Source: Coleofasciculus sp. B1-GNL1-01
GTDB taxonomy: Bacteria; Cyanobacteriota; Cyanobacteriia; Cyanobacteriales; Coleofasciculaceae
Strand: one strand, 5' to 3'
Length of the DNA: 64,000 nucleotides
Assembly: GCA_040220235.1 (NCBI GenBank)
Contig: JAVJTO010000135.1
Position numbers and translations under genes: made by a program. Under the pieces are notes generated by a model. It was not told where the DNA came from. It worked only from the letters and a program-made list of their open reading frames with translations, and searched no databases. Each line of letters begins with the position of its first letter. The first letter of the stretch is position 1. Below are positions 1 to 9,043 of this stretch, in pieces.

Positions 1-1
1 T

Positions 2-424
2 GTTAGCGAGGAAATTTTTAACAAATACGCTAAGTACCAAAAACTTAAAACGGGTGACATATTACTGGTTGTAGACGGAAGATACAGAATTGGACGTACA
101 GCAATTCTTCATTCCAATAACATCAAAAGTGTTGTTCAAAGTCACTTTAAAATTATTACAGTTACGACTCAAGCTCCCTTTAACAGTTATGAACTACTGT
201 ATATCCTTAACATGCCTTTGATACTTCAGCAAATGAGGAGTTTAACCTTTATTCAATCAACGCTGGGAAGCATTGGAAAAAGATTAGGGCAGTTGCAAAT
301 ATTCATTCCAACTCAAACAGAGGAGTGGATCACTGAGATCAGCAATTTTGAGCGTCTCCTTTCAGCTAGGGCATCTATATTGTCTGAACTTCAAAAATTC
401 CACACACCCGAACCAGAACTATAA
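2..424 (+). CDS. C-terminal part (5'-truncated by window edge) of an R-M methyltransferase/specificity (TRD, HsdS-like) protein
   Basis: Frame is open from nt 2 (VSEEIFNKYAKYQKLKTGDILLVVDGRYRIGRTAIL...) into ORF 212..424. LKxGDIL...IGRTA is typical of target recognition domains, and the gene converges on a nuclease and C-protein pair. Confidence 0.7.
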   Translation, partial: VSEEIFNKYAKYQKLKTGDILLVVDGRYRIGRTAILHSNNIKSVVQSHFKIITVTTQAPFNSYELLYILNMPLILQQMRSLTFIQSTLGSIGKRLGQLQIFIPTQTEEWITEISNFERLLSARASILSELQKFHTPEPEL

Positions 425-1102
425 GCACCTAGCTCTATCTAAAATGCCTTCAATCCAAGCGTAGAATTCATCCAAAGTCTTAGCTCCCTGAGCAATATTA
501 CATTCTCTATGGGCAAAACCTACATTATCGGCATTGTGAACTCTTGGATTTTTGTGGCATGTTTCTATCGCAGCTTTCCCTCTTTGTGCTGTTGAGAATA
601 AATTAAATGAAATAGGCAGTAGGCAAACTTCACACTTAGTCGAACCTGGAGTCATTTCTTTAAAAAGTTTTTCTAAATATCTTTGTATGTCATCTGGAGG
701 CGTGGGAGAATCGGGCATTTGATAAACTAGCCATGTTAATTTCATGGCAACCTGCATACAATCCTCATAAGTGGCTGCTTTTTCTCTCAGTTTAGCCACA
801 ATACCCGGTCTAAGTTTGCTCATGTCTAACTCATAGTTCAGTAATTCTTCATCAGATAGGAGCATAGCCCAGCGTAAAATCCTATTTGGTCCAGCATCAT
901 CGCTTGCCCATGATGCACCTGTTGTATTAGTTGAATCACGCTTAATTTTCTCAGCAATTTTTTTGGATCTTTTTTGAAGGTCTTTCAAATAGGGATATTC
1001 TAAGCACTTTCCATCATGTCCTTTTTCACGATGACAGCGATGATTAGCAATTGGCGCAAACCTAGATCGGCTATTAAGTGATTTCAAACAGAACTCAATC
1101 AT
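419..1102 (-). CDS. Putative HNH/His-Me-finger type II restriction endonuclease
   Basis: CEVC...ETCHKNPRVHNADNVGFAHRECNIAQG is a zinc/HNH-like motif; the gene lies 2 nt downstream of the C-protein gene. Confidence 0.65.
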   Translation of the reverse strand: MIEFCLKSLNSRSRFAPIANHRCHREKGHDGKCLEYPYLKDLQKRSKKIAEKIKRDSTNTTGASWASDDAGPNRILRWAMLLSDEELLNYELDMSKLRPGIVAKLREKAATYEDCMQVAMKLTWLVYQMPDSPTPPDDIQRYLEKLFKEMTPGSTKCEVCLLPISFNLFSTAQRGKAAIETCHKNPRVHNADNVGFAHRECNIAQGAKTLDEFYAWIEGILDRARCL

Positions 1103-1104
1103 AT

Positions 1105-1335
1105 CTAGAGGTTTACGAATTCATCCAATGAACCCATCAGAGAACTGGGCTTGATTTGCAAAGCCTCGCAGAGCTTGATTATATTTTCTAAGGAAACATT
1201 TCGTTCACCTCTTTCAATACTTCCAACGTAAGTTCGATGCATACCCGCTAACTCGGCTAGCTGCTCCTGTGAAAACCCTAAGTCTTCACGCCTAGCCCTC
1301 ACAGCAGCACCAAACTTTTCGCGAAGTGTCATCAT
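1105..1335 (-). CDS. R-M controller (C) protein, XRE HTH
   Basis: SQEQLAELAGMHRTYVGSIERGERNVSLENIIKL is the C-protein signature (HRTY); a C-box lies upstream. Confidence 0.9.
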   Translation of the reverse strand: MMTLREKFGAAVRARREDLGFSQEQLAELAGMHRTYVGSIERGERNVSLENIIKLCEALQIKPSSLMGSLDEFVNL

Positions 1336-1378
1336 TAACTCTGCTAAGGATTGCTTACGCTAATAATCGGGTGGTGAT

Positions 1379-1404
1379 GACTAAGAGTCTACAGACTATA
1401 AGTC
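1379..1404 (-). promoter_or_regulatory. Double C-box operator
   Basis: Minus strand reads GACT-TAT-AGTC-TGTA-GACT-CTT-AGTC, the PvuII-type C-box architecture, about 45 nt upstream of the C gene. Confidence 0.9.
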
Positions 1405-1567
1405 GCGCTTGAGGGTGTGCAATTCACTGGTTATTGTCCATTAAACAGTTAAATGTCATCCCTTAAACATTTAGTGTCATGTCTGAAATCCTTGCTACAC
1501 TTTGATTGTGCCAAGACAATAATTGCTTAAGCTGGCGACAAATAGCTCTTTAATGAAGAATATAAGA

Positions 1568-1638
1568 AGCGGGCAGCGAGAATCGAACTCGCATCATCAG
1601 CTTGGAAGGCTGAGGTTTTACCACTAAACTATGCCCGC
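1568..1638 (-). tRNA. trnG: tRNA-Gly(TCC)
   Basis: Reverse complement GCGGGCATAGTTTAGTGGTAAAACCTCAGCCTTCCAAGCTGATGATGCGAGTTCGATTCTCGCTGCCCGCT folds as a cloverleaf with anticodon TCC. Confidence 0.97.
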
Positions 1639-1709
1639 AGGCGCTCATAACTTTTCTAGTATAAACCACGATAGCACAAGTTTGGCAAGTTTTCGCCAAA
1701 ATTATCGGC

Positions 1710-2702
1710 TCAATTTCCCTGGGGATCAATTTCTAGGGTCAGGGAGTATGACCCGTACACGGGTTTACCCGCCATATAGGTTGGAGAAAAACTCCAATCG
1801 GCAATAATCTGGTTAGCGAGTTTCGTGGCTTGCTCTGGACGGAGTGTCCCTTGTTGCACTTGTGTCTTATCGGGTATAACCTCAGCTTTTATAACCTCAG
1901 CTTTGCCCCTATCATTGATCAAAACGATAACCTTGAGAACCACAGGTTGATCCAGAGTCATCTCTAAGGACGTGAGTTCATCCACTGAGAGGGGTTGACT
2001 CTCTTGCTGGATTTCAGCAAGTCGATCGCCCGGATTGTTTTGCGGGTTGATAATAGAACCACCACCACTGCTGACAATCCTGAGTCCATTAATAGAAGCA
2101 ATGAAGCCCCCCCTCGACTGATTGTCCGGTGACGTGGGTTCTGTGGGTTCTTCTGGCGATGGGATAGGAGATGGACTCGGGGTAGTCGGGTTGGGGGGTT
2201 CCTCTGATGACTGAGGAGGTGGGGTTTCTCCCATCCCTTCCAAGGTTGTAGACGTTGGCGACGGGGTTGGGGTTGGGTTCGGTGAGTTGGGTGGGGAAAC
2301 CCTTGTGGGTGAAGGCTGAGGGGTTTCCTGAGTGGTGTTTGCGATCGCCTGAGTCGGGCGATTTGTCTGTGGTGCTGATTCTTGTTGACTCTCAGGACTC
2401 GGCGCTGGCGTTTTTCGGGATACTGGAGAAGGTGGAGGTTGAGTCGCTGGAGTTGGCATGGTAGCATTCGAGGCGATCGCAATCATCTCAACCGGAATCA
2501 GTCGTTGACTCAACCGCCAATCCTGAAAGCGCCCCAATAGCGACAGACGCAGCAACCCCAAGCCAACTAAATGAATCGCTACAGAACTTAGAATAACGGT
2601 TCTCCATAGCGCTGGAGGATCAGCGTGACGGCGTTGGGGTATCTGAGGTTGGTTTAGCGTGGGTTGTGTCATTACAATCAGGTTGGGATGCTTTAATTCC
2701 AT
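1710..2702 (-). CDS. Proline-rich membrane-anchored protein with TonB-like architecture
   Basis: N-terminal TM helix (SVAIHLVGL), long Pro/Thr/Ser linker, and a C-terminal domain ending WSFSPTYMAGKPV that resembles TonB_C. Confidence 0.55.
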   Translation of the reverse strand: MELKHPNLIVMTQPTLNQPQIPQRRHADPPALWRTVILSSVAIHLVGLGLLRLSLLGRFQDWRLSQRLIPVEMIAIASNATMPTPATQPPPSPVSRKTPAPSPESQQESAPQTNRPTQAIANTTQETPQPSPTRVSPPNSPNPTPTPSPTSTTLEGMGETPPPQSSEEPPNPTTPSPSPIPSPEEPTEPTSPDNQSRGGFIASINGLRIVSSGGGSIINPQNNPGDRLAEIQQESQPLSVDELTSLEMTLDQPVVLKVIVLINDRGKAEVIKAEVIPDKTQVQQGTLRPEQATKLANQIIADWSFSPTYMAGKPVYGSYSLTLEIDPQGN

Positions 2703-2778
2703 ACTGCCAAAGAGCCACTGAGCATCTGGATTAATTCTTAGCGTTCTTTTTGCGATCGCCCAATGACAGTCGTTACCG

Positions 2779-3564
2779 ATGAATACTTATCGCTTGTCTA
2801 GGTTCAAGATTATTATTATTGCCAGTGTTCTCCTATTCGGACTAATCCTCAGTGGGTGGAGAATTACCTTACCCACCGCCGCAGCCGAATCGGACACTAT
2901 CTATCATTATCGACTGGTTCACAGCGCTGATGGGATTGGTAAATTTTATCTGGGTCGAGAGATTGCCAAAGTCATGGGACACACCGAAGCACTCTGGTTA
3001 GAACGCCCCAGCCGTCAGACGAAAGAACAGCCACAGCAGGTGATTGAGGCGTTGAACCTAAAACCCACAGATATTGTGGCAGATATTGGTGCAGGTACAG
3101 GTTATTTTAGTTTTCGCATCAGTCCTCGTGTTCCTCAGGGTAAGGTATTGGCGGTGGATATTCAGCCGGAGATGCTGGATATGATCGAATTCCTGAAAAC
3201 CGAGAACAATGTGACCAATGTTGAGCCAATCTTGGGGAGTACCACTGATCCTAATTTACCCGAAGAAACCGTTGACTTAGCCTTGATGGTCGATGCTTAT
3301 CATGAATTTGCTTATCCTAGAGAAATGATGAGTGGAATTGTGCGATCGCTTAAACCCGGTGGACGAGTCGTACTGGTGGAATATCGCCGGGAGAATCCCT
3401 TGATTCCGATTAAAGCACTACATAAAATGACTCAGAGACAAGCGCGTAAAGAAATGAATGCGGTGGGGTTGCAGTGGCTGGAAACGAAAGAGTTCTTACC
3501 CCAGCAGCATTTGATGCTATTCCAGAAGCCTAACTCTGATCAAGATAACCAACGCCAATTATAG
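2779..3564 (+). CDS. Class I SAM-dependent methyltransferase
   Basis: VADIGAGTGYF motif I, VDIQPEML; N-terminal signal/TM segment. Confidence 0.9.
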   Translation: MNTYRLSRFKIIIIASVLLFGLILSGWRITLPTAAAESDTIYHYRLVHSADGIGKFYLGREIAKVMGHTEALWLERPSRQTKEQPQQVIEALNLKPTDIVADIGAGTGYFSFRISPRVPQGKVLAVDIQPEMLDMIEFLKTENNVTNVEPILGSTTDPNLPEETVDLALMVDAYHEFAYPREMMSGIVRSLKPGGRVVLVEYRRENPLIPIKALHKMTQRQARKEMNAVGLQWLETKEFLPQQHLMLFQKPNSDQDNQRQL

Positions 3565-4172
3565 CGATTCCATTCATAAATCCCTTGAATCTCATATTCC
3601 ATGCCATTATCGAAGCGCACGACACAATTCCATCCCGAACCATCACTATCCATACCCTGAGAAATCTGCACTACTGTACAAGGAAACCACTCCCGACTAC
3701 AGGGTCCATTGTCCTGCACCCATTCCCAGAGTCCATTAGACACTTCGATGCGATCGCCGATTTTTAGTTTTAATCCTTCTGTGGGGTTCTGTGCGTCCAA
3801 ATACTGCGCCAGATGCACCCGCTTGACCCGATTTAGCCATTGGGGTCCATAGCGATCGCGAATAAACTGGACAGATGAAGACTCGCGATTATGCAGCCAG
3901 TCGTTGAGGAGTTGGATTTTCCAGGAATAGCCAGTCCGTTCCCGTTCCGTGACAAATTGCAAAAACCGCGATCGCTCATCTGGCGTCAGGTCATCCAGAG
4001 GATTAACCGTTGTCTGATCTCCTATTGCCGAAGACTGTAAGGATTGACCCATAATCGCATCCATCAACACCCGCCGTAAAATTTGTTTTTGCGGGTCTGT
4101 CAGGGGACATAAAACCGCTTCACATTGGATAAAGGCGAGTTGCAAGACGGCTTCAATCTCGGCTGGATTCAT
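3540..4172 (-). CDS. Conserved cyanobacterial hypothetical protein
   Basis: 210-aa ORF with host-like composition and several HIP1 sites. Confidence 0.7.
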   Translation of the reverse strand: MNPAEIEAVLQLAFIQCEAVLCPLTDPQKQILRRVLMDAIMGQSLQSSAIGDQTTVNPLDDLTPDERSRFLQFVTERERTGYSWKIQLLNDWLHNRESSSVQFIRDRYGPQWLNRVKRVHLAQYLDAQNPTEGLKLKIGDRIEVSNGLWEWVQDNGPCSREWFPCTVVQISQGMDSDGSGWNCVVRFDNGMEYEIQGIYEWNRYNWRWLS

Positions 4173-4269
4173 AACAGGCTCAATCAGCAGACTGGCTTAT
4201 AGCTGGTGATAGCGTGCAGCATAATAATTGTATGATAATCTCTCAGGAGACAATTCAGCCGCCTAATTA

Positions 4270-4469
4270 GGACTTGCTGCACAAATCGGAAATCCTTATC
4301 TATCAAGGATTGCGCCATTATTGATATTAAGGTTTAAATGCCGAACAGCTTATTTCGGCGGACATGATATGAAAAGCTTGCACTTATAGGGAGACGAAAA
4401 GCACTACTGTTTCCTTCATCTCCCCCTCACCCTCTCACCCCTTCTCCCCAAGACTTATTCAGCAGACCC
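4270..4469. mobile_element. MITE (about 200 bp) with 6-bp target duplication TAATTA
   Basis: Ends GGACTTGCTG...CAGCAGACCC are flanked by TAATTA at 4264-4269 and 4470-4475; same family as 52820-53046. Confidence 0.75.
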
Positions 4470-4543
4470 TAATTAAGGACAGTTTGCGGCTGGATTCGCG
4501 CTATGCTGAGGGATGGAATGATTGAATACGATAATTATTACTA

Positions 4544-4984
4544 TTGGTTATGCGAGTTCAAGGTTGGTTCACTACCATTACAGTTGCTGGTCTGTTTTGG
4601 CTGATCAGTTGGGTCATTGCCCCTGCTGCATTTGCCTTCGTTCAGGTAGAACTGTCTGACCTGTCTTACCACGAATGTTCCTCCAAGTTTTCCGAAGGGT
4701 TGGTCACACCCGGTTCCATCCAAGCCGCCGATTGCTACATCATTACAGGTAAAGCCATCAATAAGTCAGGCAAACCCGTGATCAATGCTGACATTTTTGG
4801 TCGGATTTATGATGCCAATCATAATCCTGTCTTTCAAAATCGTACCCGGCTGGGTGCCATTGATGAAGTCCCACCGGGCGTTAGTGATTTTGAAGTGCGA
4901 ATTACGGTGTCGGCTAATCAACCAACCCCCTTGCAGCTTGAACAATTCAAAGCCTCCGGTTTTACGGGCAAAGTCCGCCGTTAG
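4544..4984 (+). CDS. Conserved secreted hypothetical protein
   Basis: Signal peptide ending APAAFA; beta-rich domain with NADIFGRIYDA. Confidence 0.7.
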   Translation: MVMRVQGWFTTITVAGLFWLISWVIAPAAFAFVQVELSDLSYHECSSKFSEGLVTPGSIQAADCYIITGKAINKSGKPVINADIFGRIYDANHNPVFQNRTRLGAIDEVPPGVSDFEVRITVSANQPTPLQLEQFKASGFTGKVRR

Positions 4985-5025
4985 CATTGGGTTGACTCCC
5001 AATTCGTCGTTGACCCAGCCCTAGC

Positions 5026-5283
5026 CTAGATGCTGACAATCAATTGAGCGACAACTTGCAGGGCAATAATCGCCAGCAGAGGGGATAAGTCCAGACCTCC
5101 AATCGGCGGAATAAAGGAGCGGAAAATATTCAGGTAAGGGTCAGTAATTGGGCTGAGGAACCCAGCAATCTGGTTCATCCATTCAACCGTGGGGAACCAG
5201 GTTAACAGAATGCGGACAAATATCAGCAGTAGATAGATATTGAGGAAATTGTAGAGGCTTTCGGTTACCAGTGCTGTCGGCAT
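5026..5283 (-). CDS. yggT: YggT/YlmG (Ycf19) family membrane protein
   Basis: IFVRILLTWFP...ITDPYLNIFRSFIPPIGGLDLSP; the likely start is the ATG at 5283. Confidence 0.9.
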   Translation of the reverse strand: MPTALVTESLYNFLNIYLLLIFVRILLTWFPTVEWMNQIAGFLSPITDPYLNIFRSFIPPIGGLDLSPLLAIIALQVVAQLIVSI

Positions 5284-5369
5284 AAATTGAAATGTTTCCT
5301 TACTAAATTTTGCGGGCGGATATGATAGTGCCTTTCTAGTCAGTTTAACGGATATCACTTCATTCCGGC

Positions 5370-5711
5370 TCAGGAATCGATAGAACCTTCCCTATCGGTG
5401 AGTTCCGTACTCCCACTCCCATTCACTGGACCCAATTGCTGGCGCACATCATCGATCGCTGTATTAAGCTGGGCAATTTTATCCTCTAAACTGCGACGCG
5501 CCGCTTCAATGCTCTCCTCAGAGTTGAGTTGAGATTTTTTGCCTTTCATGGCTTTCTTCTCCGAGAGGCGGGATTTGAGTAAAGACGGATCGGCTTCTTC
5601 ATCACTACTACTGCGTTGTCCGGCTAGTATGGCTCCGATAACGCCACCGACTACGCCCCCGATGGCGATTCCCGCCAGAAGTCCGCCTGTAAAACCATCG
5701 CGCTGACTCAT
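5370..5711 (-). CDS. Conserved hypothetical protein (Gly-rich TM helix plus coiled coil)
   Basis: MSQRDGFTGG...IEAARRSLEDKIAQLN; lies between upp and yggT. Confidence 0.75.
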   Translation of the reverse strand: MSQRDGFTGGLLAGIAIGGVVGGVIGAILAGQRSSSDEEADPSLLKSRLSEKKAMKGKKSQLNSEESIEAARRSLEDKIAQLNTAIDDVRQQLGPVNGSGSTELTDREGSIDS

Positions 5712-5860
5712 TTTTCCTTTCGTACCCTTGAAAAAAACGCAACTGCTTTTCCAGATTAACGGTTGGCTGATGCAGATGCCTACATCTTCGTCTTATGTCC
5801 TTTGTCATTTGTCAGGGAATAGGCAATAGGCAATAGTAGAGACGTAGCATGCTACATCTA

Positions 5861-5960
5861 CCCCATCTCCCCCATCTCCCCCATCTCCCTCATCTCCCTC
5901 ATCTTCCCTATCTTCCCCAGCTTCCCTATCTTCCCCACCTTCCCCAGCTCCCCTATCTCT
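5861..5960. repeat. Short tandem repeats (CCCCATCT-like STRR)
   Basis: About 10 degenerate 8-9-mers ccccatctc/ccctatctt. Confidence 0.8.
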
Positions 5961-5965
5961 TGCCA

Positions 5966-6616
5966 TCATGTACCAAAAGCGCGATCGCCTGCATCTCCTA
6001 ATCCGGGTACGATAAATCCTTGCTGGCTTAATTCTTCGTCAATTGTGGCGGTGTAGATGGTTAAGGTGGGATAATTTCCCCCTAACTTTTGCAAGGCGGG
6101 TGGAGCCGCAACCACGCTGATAATCCGGATCAAGGCTGGATCAGCACCTCGCTGGGTCAGTTGGGCGATCGCGGACATCATTGTACCCCCTGTGGCAAGC
6201 ATGGGTTCGGTAATTAAGATACGTGTACCCGGATCAAATTGTTGGGGCAATTTATTTAAATAACACTTTGCTTCTAACGTTCCTTCATCGCGCACCATGC
6301 CTAGATGGTAAATGGATGCCAAGGGCAATAAGGTTTGCGCCCCTTCTAATAGGGCTAATCCCGCCCGTAAAATCGGCACGACGACTAAAGGAGTCTCTGG
6401 ATTCACCATTGTGGCTGGACAAGGGGCTAGGGGCGTCTGAACCATTAAATCTTCCGTCGGTAGCCAGTCTCGAATCGCTTCGTAGGTGAGCCAGCGCCCT
6501 AATTCCGTCATCGCACTTTTGAATAAAGGGGAAGGTGTCGCCGCATCACGGGCAACGCCAAGCCAGTGCTTGATGAGGGGATGAGGGGGAACATAGACAC
6601 GTAATTGGGGAGCCAT
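5966..6616 (-). CDS. upp: Uracil phosphoribosyltransferase
   Basis: VVPILRAG, PMLATGGT, IVPGLGDAGDRAFGT. Confidence 0.97.
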   Translation of the reverse strand: MAPQLRVYVPPHPLIKHWLGVARDAATPSPLFKSAMTELGRWLTYEAIRDWLPTEDLMVQTPLAPCPATMVNPETPLVVVPILRAGLALLEGAQTLLPLASIYHLGMVRDEGTLEAKCYLNKLPQQFDPGTRILITEPMLATGGTMMSAIAQLTQRGADPALIRIISVVAAPPALQKLGGNYPTLTIYTATIDEELSQQGFIVPGLGDAGDRAFGT

Positions 6617-6748
6617 AGCGAATTAATCGATAACGACGAAGCAATACCTAAACTGAATCATGATAATGCTTTTTTTTCCCGACTGCCGAGATGGTATCCG
6701 GGCTAAACGCTGCATTTGCCCGTTTATTGCCAATTGTTTTCATTAGTG

Positions 6749-6777
6749 TTGACATTAATTTTCAACAAGGATATAGT
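6749..6777 (+). promoter_or_regulatory. Sigma70-type promoter of the sRNA, in AT-rich Fur-box-like sequence
   Basis: TTGACA (6749-6754), 17 nt spacer, TATAGT (6772-6777). Confidence 0.8.
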
Positions 6778-6782
6778 AGTCC

Positions 6783-6859
6783 TCAGTGTTCTCCTCTCAT
6801 TAAGGATTGGTCGGTGGGACGGGCAAGCGGTAGCAGCCTGAACCACCCTCTTTTTTTTT
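6783..6859 (+). ncRNA. isaR1: IsaR1 iron-stress-activated sRNA homologue
   Basis: 5' CAGTGTTCTCCTCTC..AAGGA seed, a GGTGG...CCACC terminator stem with a T9 tract, a consensus promoter, and the upp/crtH neighbourhood recalled for IsaR1. Confidence 0.8.
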
Positions 6860-6886
6860 GGGAGTGCGGAGGGGTGGGGAAGATGA

Positions 6887-6990
6887 GGGAGATGGGAGTT
6901 GTAGGGGTTTGGTCTCCAAACCCCATTTCTTATGTAGGGGGAGATGGGAGTTGTAGGGGTTTGGTCTCCAAACCCCATTTCTTATGTAGG
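6887..6990. repeat. Perfect 52-bp tandem duplication carrying a REP-like hairpin
   Basis: 6887-6938 equals 6939-6990; each copy has GTAGGGGTTTGGTCTCCAAACCCC. Confidence 0.9.
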
Positions 6991-7143
6991 GGAAGATGGG
7001 GGAGATGGGGAAGAAAAATTTAAATGAGAGCTTATCCGACCAGTATTGTGTAGCATGGTACGTCTGGCATGACACGTCTGGAAGGGAGAATAGAGAAAAG
7101 TTAAACTCGAATTTGTAAAAGACCTCTCTCGTCTGAATCATTC

Positions 7144-8688
7144 ATGGCTATTGCTTCTCAATCTCCTTCGTCCACTAATCACGCTCCGAACGAAACCTCT
7201 GTATTTGATGTCATCGTCATTGGTTCTGGTATTGGCGGACTCGTGACGGCGACTCAGCTAGCCGCCAAAGGTGCCAAGGTGCTGGTACTGGAACGTTATC
7301 TGATTCCCGGTGGTAGTGCTGGCTACTTTGAACGCGAGGGCTATCGATTCGATGTTGGCGCCTCGATGATTTTTGGTTTTGGTACTGAAGGAACCACGAA
7401 TCTATTGACCAAAGCCTTAGATGCGGTAAATGTTGGTGTGGAAACAATTCCCGATGAGGTTCAGATTCACTATCATTTACCGGAAGGATTAGACCTGAAA
7501 GTTCATCGAGACTATGAGAAATTCTTACACGAATTAACAGAACGTTTTCCCCACGAACGGCGGGGAATTCGGCAATTTTATGATGAATGCTGGAAGGTAT
7601 TTAATTGCCTTAACGCCATGGAATTGCTGTCTCTAGAAGAACCTCGCTATCTGATGCGGGTGTTTTTTCAGCATCCTTTAGCCTGTTTAGGATTAGTCAA
7701 ATATTTGCCCCAGAATGCGGGAGATATTGCCCGTCGCTACATTCATGACCCCCAGTTACTCCAGTTTATTGATATGGAATGTTATTGTTGGTCAGTCGTA
7801 CCTGCGGATAAGACACCGATGATTAATGCGGGAATGGTGTTTTCCGACCGCCATTATGGAGGAATTAATTATCCTAAAGGAGGTGTGGGTGAAATTGCCC
7901 AGAAATTAGTTGAGGGATTGGAGAAAGCTGGGGGACAAATTCGCTATTCCGCCAGAGTCAGCGAAATTTTAACCGAACAGGGTAAAGCTGTGGGGGTGCG
8001 GTTAGCCACGGGGGAAGAGTATCGGGCAAAGCGGGTAGTGTCTAATGCAACGCGCTGGGATACGTTTGAGAAATTACTGCCCTCAGAACAGATGCCTGCC
8101 AGTGAGGAAAAATGGCAGCAACGATATCAGAAATCACCCAGTTTTTTGAGTTTGCATTTAGGGGTTGAAGAAAATGTTTTTCCGCCCGGAACAGAATGTC
8201 ACCATATTTTATTGGAAGAATGGGACAAGATGGAAGAGGCTGAGGGGACGATTTTTGTGTCGATTCCCACATTACTTGACCCGGACTTAGCCCCGGAAGG
8301 CTATCATATTATGCATACCTTTACGCCCAGTTGGATGGAGAATTGGCAGGGATTATCGGCGAAGGAGTATGAGGATAAAAAGGAAGAAGCGGCTGGGCGA
8401 ATTATTGAACGATTAGAGGCTATTTTTCCGGGATTAGATGCGGGATTGGATTATATGGAAGTCGGAACCGCCCGCAGTCATCGACGGTTTTTGGGACGTG
8501 AGGATGGCACCTATGGACCCATTCCGCGCCGCAAGTTAAGGGGGTTATTGGGAATGCCGTTTAATCGGACAGCGATTCCGGGATTATATTGTGTGGGGGA
8601 TAGTACGTTTCCGGGACAAGGGTTGAATGCGGTGGCATTTTCTGGGTTTGCTTGCGCCCATCGGGTGGCGGTAGATTTGGGTTTGTAA
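7144..8688 (+). CDS. crtH: Carotenoid (prolycopene) isomerase
   Basis: GSGIGG FAD motif, [29 protein letters not shown]. Confidence 0.95.
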   Translation: MAIASQSPSSTNHAPNETSVFDVIVIGSGIGGLVTATQLAAKGAKVLVLERYLIPGGSAGYFEREGYRFDVGASMIFGFGTEGTTNLLTKALDAVNVGVETIPDEVQIHYHLPEGLDLKVHRDYEKFLHELTERFPHERRGIRQFYDECWKVFNCLNAMELLSLEEPRYLMRVFFQHPLACLGLVKYLPQNAGDIARRYIHDPQLLQFIDMECYCWSVVPADKTPMINAGMVFSDRHYGGINYPKGGVGEIAQKLVEGLEKAGGQIRYSARVSEILTEQGKAVGVRLATGEEYRAKRVVSNATRWDTFEKLLPSEQMPASEEKWQQRYQKSPSFLSLHLGVEENVFPPGTECHHILLEEWDKMEEAEGTIFVSIPTLLDPDLAPEGYHIMHTFTPSWMENWQGLSAKEYEDKKEEAAGRIIERLEAIFPGLDAGLDYMEVGTARSHRRFLGREDGTYGPIPRRKLRGLLGMPFNRTAIPGLYCVGDSTFPGQGLNAVAFSGFACAHRVAVDLGL

Positions 8689-8802
8689 GCTCAGATTTTG
8701 CCCCATTTTCAACCATCAAGTTGTAGGGTGCGTTAGCGAAAGCGTAACGCACCATTACTGAACTTTGGTAAGTTAAGCTGTCATGCATTTAAATTGGGAA
8801 TG

Positions 8803-8897
8803 GGTAGCGAGCAAGATGCAAAGCCTGCGGCATGGCTTCGCTTAACGCACTACGAGGATGAGAGCCATTATTGACACTAAGATTTAAATGCCGAACA
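8803..8897. repeat. Dispersed MITE-like repeat (TTTAAATGCCGAACA family) with nested small palindrome
   Basis: Shares GTAGCGAGCAAGATGC...GCACTAC and TTTAAATGCCGAACA with 13283-13355 (inverted) and about 4305-4352. Confidence 0.65.
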
Positions 8898-9043
8898 TTG
8901 ATTCAAAATCAGCCTTTTTTGTAAAATTTAAAAGTGATGATGAGCTTTAACTTATACCAAACCTCACTTGTTGTACTTGAGTTTCATACCATATATGATG
9001 CTATTAATTTTAATTGTTGGCATATTTTGGCGTTCCTATAAAG

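Noticed and set aside
6887..6990. Possible CRISPR mini-array
   Set aside because: The two 52-bp units are fully identical with no unique spacer and no cas genes; this is a tandem duplication of a REP element.
6691..7141. ORFs 6691..7023, 6724..6978 and 6800..7141
   Set aside because: They are translations of the sRNA locus and repeats.
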